Source: Bacteroidota bacterium
Lineage (GTDB): Bacteria > Bacteroidota > Bacteroidia > Chitinophagales > Chitinophagaceae
Assembly: GCA_041172025.1 (NCBI GenBank)
Contig: JBEDKT010000065.1
Span: 1 to 37,126, forward strand
Length of the DNA: 37,126 nt
Direction: 5' to 3'
The notes under the pieces are model-generated. The model was not told where the DNA came from, searched no databases, and saw only the letters and a list, made by a program, of their open reading frames with translations. The first letter of the stretch is position 1. Each line of letters opens with the position of its first letter. This document shows positions 1 through 10,600 of the stretch, one piece after another. The translations under genes and the position numbers were made by a program.

Positions 1-2
1 AA

Positions 3-395
3 AGTGTTAGTTTCAGAGACGAGTATCCCTATATCAATACCGAGTCAATTGATTTTAGAAAAAATAAATTATTCGTAAAATATTTAACCATTCCTTTTCA
101 AATAAATTACAGGCCTAACCCTAGTAGTAAAAAAGGATTTTATGCGGGCATTGGCTTAAGTGCTGGTTACTTACTTAAAGCACGTAACAAACAAATAAGT
201 GCAGAAAGGGGCAAGCAAAAAATTGGAGGTACTTTTAATTTAAATGACTGGCGCACAGCTGCTATTGGAGAACTAGGCATAGGTGCTATTCGCTTATACG
301 GTTCCTATGGATTCAGTAATTTATTTGCTGACAATAACCTTTACGGATTTGATTTTAATCCCTTTGCTATTGGCATTCGTTTAAATAAATTTTAA
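3..395 (+). CDS. 3' part of an outer-membrane beta-barrel protein (PorT/OMP_b-brl-like), truncated by window start
   Basis: Frame 3 is open from the window edge to TAA at 393-395. Translation ...YLTIPFQINY...GFYAGIGLSAGYLL...FAIGIRLNKF shows amphipathic beta-strands and a terminal Phe. Not in the ORF track. Confidence 0.75.
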   Translation, partial: SVSFRDEYPYINTESIDFRKNKLFVKYLTIPFQINYRPNPSSKKGFYAGIGLSAGYLLKARNKQISAERGKQKIGGTFNLNDWRTAAIGELGIGAIRLYGSYGFSNLFADNNLYGFDFNPFAIGIRLNKF

Positions 396-443
396 AAAAA
401 TCATTTACGTCTTTCCTGGTTAAATAAAGAAATAGAACAACTA

Positions 444-471
444 AAAAGGTCCCGACAAGTCGGGACCTTTT
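444..471. terminator. Bidirectional intrinsic terminator between convergent OMP gene and serS
   Basis: Perfect 13-bp inverted repeat AAAAGGTCCCGAC-AA-GTCGGGACCTTTT with A and T tracts at the ends. Confidence 0.85.
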
Positions 472-504
472 GCATACTGCTCCTTTTAGGAAGCCAATAA
501 AATA

Positions 505-1776
505 TTATACTAATTCACTGCTACCAAAATAAGGTTGTAATACTTTAGGTAAGGAAATACCATTTTCAGTTTGGTAGTTTTCTACAATAGCAGCATAAAT
601 CCTAGGCAATGCAAGTGAACTCCCGTTCAATGAATGTGCAAATTGAATTTTACCTTCTGCGTCTTTAAAACGGCATTTCATTCTGTAAGTTTGATACGCT
701 TGGAAATTGCTTACACTACTTACTTCTAACCACCTTTCTTGTGCTGCACTATACACTTCAAAATCGTAAGTGATTGCTGAAGCAAAACCCATATCCCCAC
801 CACACAATCTTAAAATTCTATATTGTAAACCTAAACTGATTAATAAATTTTCAACGTGGGCAACCATATCGTTCAATACTTCATCACTTTTATCGGGATG
901 TACAATTTGAATAATTTCAACTTTCTCAAATTGATGCACTCTATTTAAACCACGAACGTCTTTACCAAAGCTTCCTGCTTCTCTTCTAAAACAAGGAGAA
1001 TAAGCGGTCATCTGAATAGGTAAATCGGTATCCTTTAATACTACATCGCGAAACACATTCGTAACAGGCACTTCGGCGGTTGGGATTAAATAAAAATCAT
1101 CCTCGGTCGCATGGTACATTTGTCCTTCCTTATCCGGTAATTGGCCTGTTGCAAAAGCAGAAGCCGAGTTCACCATAAATGGCGGCAGGTATTCTGTATA
1201 CCCTGCAGCAGTATTAAAGTCTAAAAAATACTGTGTCAAAACGCGCTGGAACTTAGCGCCCTTCCCAATATATAAGGGAAATCCACTGCCTGTAATTTTA
1301 GCGCCAGTTTCAAAATCAACTAAATTGTACTTTTTTATCAAATCCCAATGAGGCAAAGCTCCCGCTGGTAATTTATTGGTGCTTCCTGCTTCTTTGACTA
1401 TTTCATTTTCTTCAGGTGTTTTTCCTAATGGTACCAAATCATGAGGCAAATTGGGAAATTGTACTATCGTCTTCAACAAAGTAGCTTCTACTTCCGCCAT
1501 TTGCTCTTTTAAGGGCTCAAGCAATATTTTCCATTCGGCGACATTCATTTTAAGTGCCTCGGCTTGGTCCTTCTCCCCCTTTGCCATAAATCCGCCTATT
1601 TCTTTGGAAGCCGCATTCACCTTCGCTTGTGTTTCATCAAAAGCGGCTTGCAATTGCTTCCTTTCATCGTCAAGCGCAATTACTTCATCCACCAAATCCA
1701 CGTTAGCGAAATGCTTAACAGCTAATTTCTGCTTTGCTAAGTCACGGTTTTGGCGTAAAAAATTTACTTGTAACAT
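505..1776 (-). CDS. serS: Serine--tRNA ligase
   Basis: N-terminal coiled coil; motifs LIPTAEVP, CFRREAGSFGKDVRGLNRVHQFEKVE, EVSSVSN, HSLNGSSLA. Start moved to ATG 1776 (MLQVNF), just downstream of a promoter motif. Confidence 0.97.
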   Translation of the reverse strand: MLQVNFLRQNRDLAKQKLAVKHFANVDLVDEVIALDDERKQLQAAFDETQAKVNAASKEIGGFMAKGEKDQAEALKMNVAEWKILLEPLKEQMAEVEATLLKTIVQFPNLPHDLVPLGKTPEENEIVKEAGSTNKLPAGALPHWDLIKKYNLVDFETGAKITGSGFPLYIGKGAKFQRVLTQYFLDFNTAAGYTEYLPPFMVNSASAFATGQLPDKEGQMYHATEDDFYLIPTAEVPVTNVFRDVVLKDTDLPIQMTAYSPCFRREAGSFGKDVRGLNRVHQFEKVEIIQIVHPDKSDEVLNDMVAHVENLLISLGLQYRILRLCGGDMGFASAITYDFEVYSAAQERWLEVSSVSNFQAYQTYRMKCRFKDAEGKIQFAHSLNGSSLALPRIYAAIVENYQTENGISLPKVLQPYFGSSELV

Positions 1777-1791
1777 GTTTTCGAATTTTGG

Positions 1792-1839
1792 CAAAGATAA
1801 TCAAACCAACCTACCAAGCCTATATATCCCTTACCTTTG
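1792..1839. promoter_or_regulatory. Back-to-back Bacteroidota sigma-70 -7 elements
   Basis: TATCTTTG on the minus strand (1799-1792, for serS) and TACCTTTG on the plus strand (1832-1839) both match TAnnTTTG. Confidence 0.75.
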
Positions 1840-1864
1840 CAGCATAAATTGATAAAAGGAAGAT

Positions 1865-2212
1865 ATGGCAACTATAGCAGACGATTTTCAGACCAGATGG
1901 TGGGCTCTAGAACAAAAATTAGTAGACAAATTCGGGAAAAAACCCGATGTTGAGGCTGTGCTGTTTTTAATTGGGCTTCAAGAGACTGGATTTATTAGAG
2001 AAAAAATAAGCAAGGAGCAAAAGCAGGATTTGATGCATGTGGCCATTTGTAGCATACTTTCTTCAAGCGGATATTACATTTTGGAGGGTAAGGACGAGGA
2101 TGGTTGGCCCCACTTTAAGCAAATCAAGAATACCCCTACTATGAACTTAATTGAGCAAGAAGCCTTTTTAAAGGACCATATTTTGCTTTATTTTGAAAAC
2201 ATTAGTTTCTAG
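1865..2212 (+). CDS. Conserved hypothetical protein (Bacteroidota)
   Basis: 115-aa ORF with its own promoter motif; segments LFLIGLQE, KQDLMHVAIC and DEDGWPHF look like a conserved family. Confidence 0.75.
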   Translation: MATIADDFQTRWWALEQKLVDKFGKKPDVEAVLFLIGLQETGFIREKISKEQKQDLMHVAICSILSSSGYYILEGKDEDGWPHFKQIKNTPTMNLIEQEAFLKDHILLYFENISF

Positions 2213-2267
2213 CTCATTGTTTTTTTAGTGATTTTTATGAATCTTTGTAATAATTAAATTTTAACCT

Positions 2268-2645
2268 ATGCAATTCCCAGCAGACTTACGCTACACAAAA
2301 GACCACGAATGGATTAAATTAGAAGGTAATACTGCCACAATTGGCATTACCGACTTTGCTCAAAGCGAGTTGGGTGATATTGTATACATTGATATTAATA
2401 CTGTTGGGAAAGCACTTGAAGCTGAAGCTGTATTTGGTACCGTAGAAGCTGTTAAAACAGTAAGTGATTTATTCTTGCCACTTGCAGGCACTATTACTGA
2501 AGTAAATCCTGCCCTAACCGCTCAGCCTGAATTAGTAAATACTGACGCTTATGGTGATGGATGGATGGTAAAAGTGACTGTAAATGATCCTGCAGCATTT
2601 GAGCATTTATTGACTAGCGAGGCCTATGCCAAGTTGGTTCACTAA
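2268..2645 (+). CDS. gcvH: Glycine cleavage system H protein
   Basis: YTKDHEW, GITDFAQSELGDIVY, lipoyl-Lys motif VEAVKTVSD, YGDGWM. Confidence 0.97.
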   Translation: MQFPADLRYTKDHEWIKLEGNTATIGITDFAQSELGDIVYIDINTVGKALEAEAVFGTVEAVKTVSDLFLPLAGTITEVNPALTAQPELVNTDAYGDGWMVKVTVNDPAAFEHLLTSEAYAKLVH

Positions 2646-2659
2646 GCTCCCCAATATAA

Positions 2660-3037
2660 ATGAAAGCTTTGCTATGGGTGATAGGAGAATTACTAATCAT
2701 ATTTATATTATTAAGTATGGCAAGTAGTGATTTTTCAACAAAACCCGAATGGTTTAAAAATGTGCCAGTTGACAAAATTGTACACATAATTTTATTTGGC
2801 TCGCTGGCAATGTCATTTTTCTTCTATTTTGATCAATCAGCTGTAAAATTATTAAAAACAACAAGTGCAAAAGCTTGTGTTTTGATTTTCTGTATTTTGT
2901 ATGGAATAGGAATGGAATACTATCAAAAATATTTTGTTCCATCACGCGGATTTGAAGTTTCGGATATGCTAGCAGATGCTATTGGCGCATTGTTAGCCTT
3001 GCCTATTTTCACGTATTTAAGAAGAAAATATAACTAA
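2660..3037 (+). CDS. VanZ family membrane protein
   Basis: Several TM helices; DKIVH...E..Q...PSRGFEVSDMLAD.IG VanZ signature. Confidence 0.85.
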   Translation: MKALLWVIGELLIIFILLSMASSDFSTKPEWFKNVPVDKIVHIILFGSLAMSFFFYFDQSAVKLLKTTSAKACVLIFCILYGIGMEYYQKYFVPSRGFEVSDMLADAIGALLALPIFTYLRRKYN

Positions 3038-3056
3038 CTAAAGCGCAACATTCACA

Positions 3057-3518
3057 ATGGGTATCGAAAAAGAAATACAACAAACCAACTTCAGAAATGA
3101 ATTTCAAAAGTTAGCCATTAACTTACTGTATACTGCTAATTGGCTAAATGAAAGAATTAGCCGCATGTTGTTAAAAGAAGAAATCACCCAACAGCAATAT
3201 AATATTTTAAGAATTTTAAGAGGAAGCGACCACCCATTAAGCACCCTGCAAATTCGGGAACGCATGCTTGATAAGATGAGTGATACAAGCAGGATTGTTG
3301 ACCGCTTAATTTGCAAGGAACTAGTTCAAAAAAATGCTTGTCAATCGGATAAACGCTTAGTTGATATTATTTTAACAGAAAAGGGATTAAAGCTAGTTAA
3401 TAAATTAGATTCACTCGATGTGCAACTTGATGCACTTTTAAGCGGCTTAGATGAAAACGAAGCTACTATGACAAACCAAATTCTAGATAAGCTAAGAGCT
3501 CACAACAACAACGATTAA
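3057..3518 (+). CDS. MarR family transcriptional regulator
   Basis: QQYNILRILRG, winged HTH DTSRIVDRL, DKRLVDIILTEKG. Confidence 0.92.
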   Translation: MGIEKEIQQTNFRNEFQKLAINLLYTANWLNERISRMLLKEEITQQQYNILRILRGSDHPLSTLQIRERMLDKMSDTSRIVDRLICKELVQKNACQSDKRLVDIILTEKGLKLVNKLDSLDVQLDALLSGLDENEATMTNQILDKLRAHNNND

Positions 3519-3533
3519 TAAACTTATACGCAT

Positions 3534-5000
3534 ATGCGCATCTCACTTTGCATTCTATTTATAGGATGTTTTCTTTTTACAAAAGGACAACCAAAATTAG
3601 ACGATAAAAACGTATTTGAATTTAGAGGCGTTTGGGTAGCAACCGTCGCAAATATTGACTGGCCTAGTAAAAGAGGCTTAAGCAATGATGCACAAAAAGA
3701 AGAGTTCACCGCGCTTTTAGACATGCACCAGAAAAATGGAATGAATGCTATTATTATGCAAGTACGTCCATCAGGTGACGCTTTATACCCTTCGGTACTT
3801 GAACCATGGAGCGAATATTTAATGGGGAAACAAGGCTTACCTCCTAGTCCCTTTTACGATCCATTAATTTTCATGATTGAAGAAACGCATAAACGCGGAA
3901 TGGAATTTCATGCTTGGATAAACCCCTACAGAGCAGTATTTGATGTGAACAAATCAAGTATTGCACCAACGCATTTAACCAAAATACATCCAGAATGGTT
4001 TTTAACTTATGGAGATAAAAAATATTTCAACCCAGCCTTACCCGAAGTTTGGAAGCATACCAACAGAGTAGTAAAAGACTTGCTAAGTCGTTATGATATA
4101 GACGCCATTCATATGGATGACTACTTTTATCCCTATAAAATTCCAGGGAAGGAATTTCCCGACGAAGCAGCTTATGTGAAAAATAAAAGAGGCTTATTAA
4201 AAGAAGATTGGAGAAGAAGTAACTGCGATACCATTATTAAACAAATTGCTACAACTATCCAACAAACAAAACCAGGTACACAGTTTGGCATTAGTCCATT
4301 TGGCGTTTGGCGCAACAAGTCAAAGGACCCAAGAGGCAGCAACACCAAAGCTGGCGTAACTAATTACGATGAACTATATGCAGACGTTTTGTTATGGCTA
4401 GAAAAAGGCTGGATTGATTATATCACGCCACAATTATACTGGGAACATGGCCATGCATTAGCCGATTATGATGAACTAGTGAATTGGTGGGATAAAAATA
4501 CCTATAACCGTAATTTATATATCGGACATGGTATTTATAGGGCTGGAAGTAATGCTGCTTGGAAAGAAAGAAATGAAATTCCGCACCAAATTAAACAACT
4601 TAGGAGTTTAAAAAATACAAGAGGAAGTGCCTATTTCAGTAGTAAAAGTTTTACAACCAATGCAAATAACTGGAACGACACTTTGCAAAATAACTACTAC
4701 CGCAAACCAGCATTACAACCAACTATGCCTTGGCTAGTGCAATACGATGTAGAGTCCCCAATTGTTTTGAAAAAATCTGCTAATACTTTTCAGATTTCAT
4801 TTACTGATGGAAAGAAAATAAAACAATTAGCTATACTGCAAGAATACAAGGGAAACTTTGAAGTAGAAGTTGTTTTACCAAACGATACTAGACTAATAAG
4901 TTTAAGCGCATTAGAAATCACAAGGAAGCCTAATACACAATATTGGATAGTTAGTATTGGTAAACAAAATCAATTAAGCAAGCTAATCGCGCTTCCTTAA
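3534..5000 (+). CDS. Glycoside hydrolase-like 10 (YddW/DigH, GHL10) family secreted protein
   Basis: Signal peptide; EFRGVWVATVANIDWP, HAWINPYR, HMDDYFYPY, GISPFGVW, IDYITPQLYW. Confidence 0.9.
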   Translation: MRISLCILFIGCFLFTKGQPKLDDKNVFEFRGVWVATVANIDWPSKRGLSNDAQKEEFTALLDMHQKNGMNAIIMQVRPSGDALYPSVLEPWSEYLMGKQGLPPSPFYDPLIFMIEETHKRGMEFHAWINPYRAVFDVNKSSIAPTHLTKIHPEWFLTYGDKKYFNPALPEVWKHTNRVVKDLLSRYDIDAIHMDDYFYPYKIPGKEFPDEAAYVKNKRGLLKEDWRRSNCDTIIKQIATTIQQTKPGTQFGISPFGVWRNKSKDPRGSNTKAGVTNYDELYADVLLWLEKGWIDYITPQLYWEHGHALADYDELVNWWDKNTYNRNLYIGHGIYRAGSNAAWKERNEIPHQIKQLRSLKNTRGSAYFSSKSFTTNANNWNDTLQNNYYRKPALQPTMPWLVQYDVESPIVLKKSANTFQISFTDGKKIKQLAILQEYKGNFEVEVVLPNDTRLISLSALEITRKPNTQYWIVSIGKQNQLSKLIALP

Positions 5001-6970
5001 TCGTATACGCGCTTTAAAGGAATGTTCTCATTTGCTTTAATAATTAAAGGCACATGTTCTATAATGGTAGTAGCATTGTCGAGTCCAAATGCTTTTTGAT
5101 CGCTTTGTGATAAATGTTTAATATTAAAGTACAAATCCATAATAAAATCTTCTTTCACGGACAATTCGTTTTCAATTGAAAAGAAGCTTTCCATAATTAC
5201 ATACGTAATATCGGCATGGAAGTCTTTGCTTTTCAAGGACTCATACTTACTATATATACCTAATTCGTGAGATTCATTTAACTCCTGCATTACTTTTCTA
5301 AACAACACATTAATCCTTGGTTGAATCCTGAACCCTATTCTAAAATCAACACGCATTACTTTATCATCTACTAGTTCACGTATTGAATACTCCATTCCAT
5401 AAGGGGAATCGGTTCTGTCAATATGTATGAACCAATAAATGTCGGCACGTTTTGGCTTACGACTTAAAATGGAATCAATAATACGATGCTCCATTTCTCG
5501 GTAGTTATTGGCTTTTGTCAAATAAACTAAGTGTGTTGCATATTTTGGAATTTCTTTATCTACACTTAATTCTGACAAGGGTACCAAATAGTCTTTCAGC
5601 TTAACAAAATCCAAATAACGATTGGCAATTTTTCTAGCTCTATGCCAAACCACCATTACCAATATCATACTTAATGAAAAAACGAAAGTAATATAGGCCT
5701 CTTTAAATTTTACCACATTAGCGATGAAAAAAGAAAATTCTACCACTGAAAAAATAGTAATTATAAAAGCAACTAATGCCCTACTCCATCGCCTCACATT
5801 CAATAAATAAAAATTCATGAGTATGGTAGTCATTATCATAGTGATAACAATCGAAAAACCATAAGCAGCTTCCATATGTTCACTCTTTCTAAAAAATAGA
5901 CACATAGTTACACAACCTGCCCATAATAAAATATTCAAGCTTGGAATATATATTTGTCCTTTTTGTTCGGTAGGAAATTTAACAGTCACACGAGGCCAAA
6001 AATTAAGACTAATGGCTTCATTAATTAGCGTAAATGAACCACTAATTAATGCTTGGCTTGCTATAATAGCTGCGAATGTAGCAATGCTAATACCTATAAT
6101 TAAGAACCAGTGTGGCATCATCGCATAGAATGGATTTTGGCCATCTAAAGTAGTTCCAATATGCTGCATTAACCAAGCACCCTGTCCCATGTAATTCATT
6201 ACCAATGCCGCTTTCACAAACATCCAACTCACCTGAATATTTTGGCGTCCACAATGACCCAAATCACTATATAAAGCCTCAGCACCAGTAGTGCACAAAA
6301 ATACACCTCCTAATAACCAAAAGCCACTGGGATAATTAGCTAATAAATCATAAGCATAATAGGGATTAATACATTTTAAAATTGCAGCATGATCAACCAC
6401 CTGCGACAATCCCAATAAAAATATCATTGAAAACCAAACCAACATAATTGGACCAAATGCAAACCCAACAATCTTGGTTCCAAAACGTTGAAAGAAAAAT
6501 AATAGAGAGATAATGGCAATAACTATTCCAATAGTTAAATTATTTCCAGGAACAATAATGTTTTCTAAGCCTTTAACTCCGCCTAAGCCTTCTATTGCAG
6601 AAGAAACTGAAATTGGAGGCGTAATCATACCATCTGCAAGTAACATAGCTGCTCCTATAATAGCTGGTATATAAATCCATTTCACATATCGCTTAATAAG
6701 CGCAAATAAAGAAAATATTCCACCCTCCCCTTTATTGTCGGCGCGGAGTGTTAAAAAAACATATTTAAAAGTAGTTTGTAAAGTCAATGTCCAAAAAACA
6801 CAGGAAATGGCACCATAAACCAACTGCTCCGTAATCACTTTGTCGTTAATGATTGACTTAAACACATACAAGGGCGAAGTACCAATATCCCCATATATAA
6901 TTCCAAGAGTAACTATTAAGCCTGCAACCGAAAGTTTTTGAGCTTGTCTCCCACCAGATGTGTGTGCCAT
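4997..6970 (-). CDS. kup: KUP/HAK/KT family potassium transporter
   Basis: GIIYGDIGTSPLY, ADNKGEGG, TGAEALYSDLGH, GQIYIP, AAYG. Likely start is ATG 6970 (MAHTSGG), which removes the overlap with the upstream gene. Confidence 0.95.
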   Translation of the reverse strand: MAHTSGGRQAQKLSVAGLIVTLGIIYGDIGTSPLYVFKSIINDKVITEQLVYGAISCVFWTLTLQTTFKYVFLTLRADNKGEGGIFSLFALIKRYVKWIYIPAIIGAAMLLADGMITPPISVSSAIEGLGGVKGLENIIVPGNNLTIGIVIAIISLLFFFQRFGTKIVGFAFGPIMLVWFSMIFLLGLSQVVDHAAILKCINPYYAYDLLANYPSGFWLLGGVFLCTTGAEALYSDLGHCGRQNIQVSWMFVKAALVMNYMGQGAWLMQHIGTTLDGQNPFYAMMPHWFLIIGISIATFAAIIASQALISGSFTLINEAISLNFWPRVTVKFPTEQKGQIYIPSLNILLWAGCVTMCLFFRKSEHMEAAYGFSIVITMIMTTILMNFYLLNVRRWSRALVAFIITIFSVVEFSFFIANVVKFKEAYITFVFSLSMILVMVVWHRARKIANRYLDFVKLKDYLVPLSELSVDKEIPKYATHLVYLTKANNYREMEHRIIDSILSRKPKRADIYWFIHIDRTDSPYGMEYSIRELVDDKVMRVDFRIGFRIQPRINVLFRKVMQELNESHELGIYSKYESLKSKDFHADITYVIMESFFSIENELSVKEDFIMDLYFNIKHLSQSDQKAFGLDNATTIIEHVPLIIKANENIPLKRVYD

Positions 6971-7061
6971 GTAGATATTAAATTGACGACAAAGTTTAGT
7001 AAAATAAAAATAACAACGTGTTTTATTACTAACTATTTTATAAAAACTTCTTGCCCCAAAA

Positions 7062-7535
7062 CTAAGGCTTGTAAGTACCCCATTTGTCAATAACTGCCTG
7101 GAATCGGTGGTCAAAGATTCCCTTCAACTGATTTTTGACAAACAATACTTGTGCAATGTCCCCCAAAAAGCCAAAAGGAATTTTATAATGTACTATATCT
7201 TCCATCTTCACGCCGCCTTCAATGGCAGTAAAATGATGTTGGTGATGCCACATAATATAAGGTCCAAAGCGTTGCTCGTCCACAAAATACTTGCCTTCCT
7301 GTACATGTGTAATTTCGGTCATCCAATACAAAGGGATACCTAAAACAGGTGAAACAGTGTATTCGATAATTTGACCTGGATACATTTTTGCCCCATGGTG
7401 CTTGCTAATAATGTTAAAGCCCATATGGCTTGGCGTTATTTTAGCGAGGTTGGCTGGGCTACTAAAAAAATCCCATGCTTCTTCTAGGGAAATAGGGATA
7501 TTTTGGACGGTGTTGATGGTGTATACTTTTGACAT
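7062..7535 (-). CDS. SRPBCC family protein
   Basis: WDFFSSPANLAKITP, W.TEITHV, FVDEQRFGPY.MWHHQHHF. Confidence 0.88.
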   Translation of the reverse strand: MSKVYTINTVQNIPISLEEAWDFFSSPANLAKITPSHMGFNIISKHHGAKMYPGQIIEYTVSPVLGIPLYWMTEITHVQEGKYFVDEQRFGPYIMWHHQHHFTAIEGGVKMEDIVHYKIPFGFLGDIAQVLFVKNQLKGIFDHRFQAVIDKWGTYKP

Positions 7536-7601
7536 ACTATTATAACACTACAACTGCGGTTTTGTTGCAAGATTTAGAAATAAAGCCACTAATTTTATAA
7601 T

Positions 7602-10600
7602 ATGATAACCAAAGAGGAACAGTTAAAAGCTTTTGAAGAAGTGTACAAAGGCCTGAATGCGCAACAACAAATTGCAGTCGACACCATAGAAGGGCCCGTA
7701 ATGGTTATTGCTGGACCTGGAACTGGCAAAACACAAATATTAAGTGCCCGAATAGGAAAGATCATGTTGGAGACCGATACTGCTCCCGAAAATATTTTAT
7801 GCCTTACCTATACCGATGCCGGTGCCATTGCTATGCGTAAAAGGCTGGTTCAATTTATTGGAACAAGTGCCTACAAAGTAAATATTGCCACTTTCCATTC
7901 ATTCTGTAACGACATTATACAAGACAATTTATCCTTATTTGATAAAACAAGCTTAGACCCAATATCAGAACTAGAGAAGATAGAATTATTCAAAAAATTA
8001 ATTGATGGCTTTAAAAAAGACAACCCTTTAAAAAGGTATAGGGGGGATATCTATTTTGAGATAAGCAATTTATCGAAATTGTTTAGCGCTATGAAAAAAG
8101 AAGGTTGGACAGTCGCTTATTTAGTTGAACGCGTAGCTAGATATTTACTAGAGATTCCAACAAGAGAAGAATTTTTGTACAAACGCAAAACAAAACAGTT
8201 CGAAGCAGGTTCGGTCAAGCAAGCATTAGTTGATGCCGAAGTGGAGAAAATGGAAAAATTAATTGCTGCGGTAAAAGAATTTGACAACTACCAGCAATTG
8301 ATGCGAGACCATAATAGGTATGACTTTGACGATATGATAAATTGGGTGATTAAAGCATTTAAAGAAAATAAAAACTTACTTGCTCAATACCAAGAACGTT
8401 TTTTATATATACTAGTTGACGAATTTCAAGATACAAGTGGTACACAAAACGAACTAGTGCAATTACTAGTTAACTACTGGGACCAGCCGAATTTATTTGT
8501 AGTAGGCGATGACGACCAAAGTATATTTAGGTTTCAAGGTGCCAACGTCGAAAACATGTTGCATTTTCAAACTCAATATGCAAGTGAAATTTTGAATATT
8601 GTATTAGAAAACAACTACCGTTCTACACAGCCAATTCTTGACGCGTCTACGCTCTTAATTAACAACAACCAAGAACGCTTGGTAAATAAAATAGTAGGCT
8701 TAGAAAAGAAATTAATAGCTGCTTTGGCAAGCAACCAAATTAACACAAGCGAGCCACAAATTATAAAGTACAACGAGCCGCAAGAAGAAATGATTGACAT
8801 TGCAGAACAAATTGTACAATTAATAGAAAAAGGTATTGCACCAAAAAACATTGCAGTACTATTTAAAGAAAATAAATACGGAGAAGAGATTGCACATTTT
8901 TTAAAGCAAAAAAATGTACCAATTTATACAAAACGTACTGCTAATTTATTTGACCAAGTACTTATTCAGCAAATAATTAAAGTACTAGACTATTTGGCGT
9001 GTGAGTTAGACCAGCCATACGAAGGAGCTAATATATTATTTGAAATTTTGCATTATAAATGGTGGAATATATCCCCTATCACTATCGCCAAATTAACGTT
9101 TGAAGCAAATCAGGCGAAGTATGGCACTCCAGGCAACTCCTACCGAAAAGTGTTAGTTGAAAAAACACAGGAAATACAAACCGATATGTTTAGCCAAGGG
9201 GGCTTAACAGAAGTGGCAAAAGCGATGAGCGTTTTAGAGGACTTAATTGCACAAGTGTCCAACGTGACTTTATTAAATTTAGTAGAACAAGTTTTACAAA
9301 AAACTGGTGTTATCCAAAGTATTTTAAAAGCCGATGATAAAGGGTATGCGCTAGACGTAGTAACACACTTCTTCGATTTTATAAAAGAAGAAACACACCG
9401 AAATGCTAAAATGCAACTTAGTGATTTAGTCGAAATGCTTAAACTAATGCAAAGGGAAGCAATACGTATGCCACTGCCTATTACTACTGGAAATGAAAGT
9501 GGTGTAAATTTATTAACAACACATGGTAGTAAGGGCTTAGAATTCGAATATGTATTTGTTGCAGGAACCAACGCCCATTATTGGGAGAAAAAAAGAAGTT
9601 CAAATAATACAGGTTATAAGTTGCCTGACACGGTATTGACTTCCTTAGAAAATGCCGACGACAAAGAAGAATTACGTCGCCTATTTTATGTAGCTATTAC
9701 TAGAGCAAAAAAATATTTACAAGTATCTTACAGTCAGTTCCGTGCTGACGGGAAAGAAGCAGAGCCCAGCCAATTTATTATTGAATTACTAGAAGGGGAT
9801 GAACGAAAAATACAAACTAAAACAGTTACAGACCAAATACGCACTACCTATAAATTTTTACGTTTACAAACAGCGCCACAGCCTGAAATACAACAACTAG
9901 AGGCTGATTTCATTGGGCCAAAAGTTGAAAAGTTTATAATGAATGTTACGGCCTTAAACAATTACTTAAAATGCCCATTACATTTTTATTACAATAGTTT
10001 AATACGTGTGCCTTCGGGAAAATCGGAAGCAACTACTTTCGGTTCGGCCATACATGATGCCTTGCAACGTTTCTTTAGAAAAATGCAAGACAATAACAAT
10101 CAATTCCCCGATAAGCAGGATTTGGTTCAGGACTTTTACCACTATATGAGTAGGCATAGGGAGGCTTTCACGCAAGTAGAATACAAAAATAGAAAGGAAC
10201 AAGGAGAAATGGTATTGAACAATTACTACGATAAATATATTAACGACTGGAATAAAGTAGTCACTACCGAATACAGAATTAACAACGTGCTGTTACAAGG
10301 TATCCCCTTAAAAGGAGCCATTGATAAAATAGAATTCAACGGCAAACAAGTGGTGGTCATTGACTACAAAACTGGAAGTGTAGAAAATGCAAAAGAAAAA
10401 CTATTGCCTCCCAATGAAAAGAATCCTTTAGGAGGAGATTATTGGAGACAGGCCGTATTTTATAAAATTCTTTTACGAGGACACCCAAAAAACTGGGAAG
10501 TGGAAAAGGCAGAATTTGATTTCATTGAACCAAATAAGAAAAAGGAGTTCGAAAAAATTGCAGTCCCCATTCAAGAGGCCGATATTACTACCGTGAGTCA

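Noticed and set aside
1451-1852. 133-aa plus-strand ORF and the many other antisense or nested ORFs in the track (e.g. 9140-9571, 14695-15162, 23502-23996, 31168-31500, 34203-34625)
   Set aside because: They are shadows of well-supported genes, show no recognisable motifs, and are explained by the codon usage of the real strand
1856-1860. SD-like AAGGA before ORF 1865 in an otherwise largely SD-less window
   Set aside because: Only a 4-5 nt match in purine-rich sequence, indistinguishable from chance
6971-7114. N-terminal extensions given by the ORF track for kup (also serS, GT2, lptC, the DHS-like gene and the PLP enzyme)
   Set aside because: They overlap neighbouring genes or promoter motifs and do not resemble the family N-termini; downstream ATGs fit better
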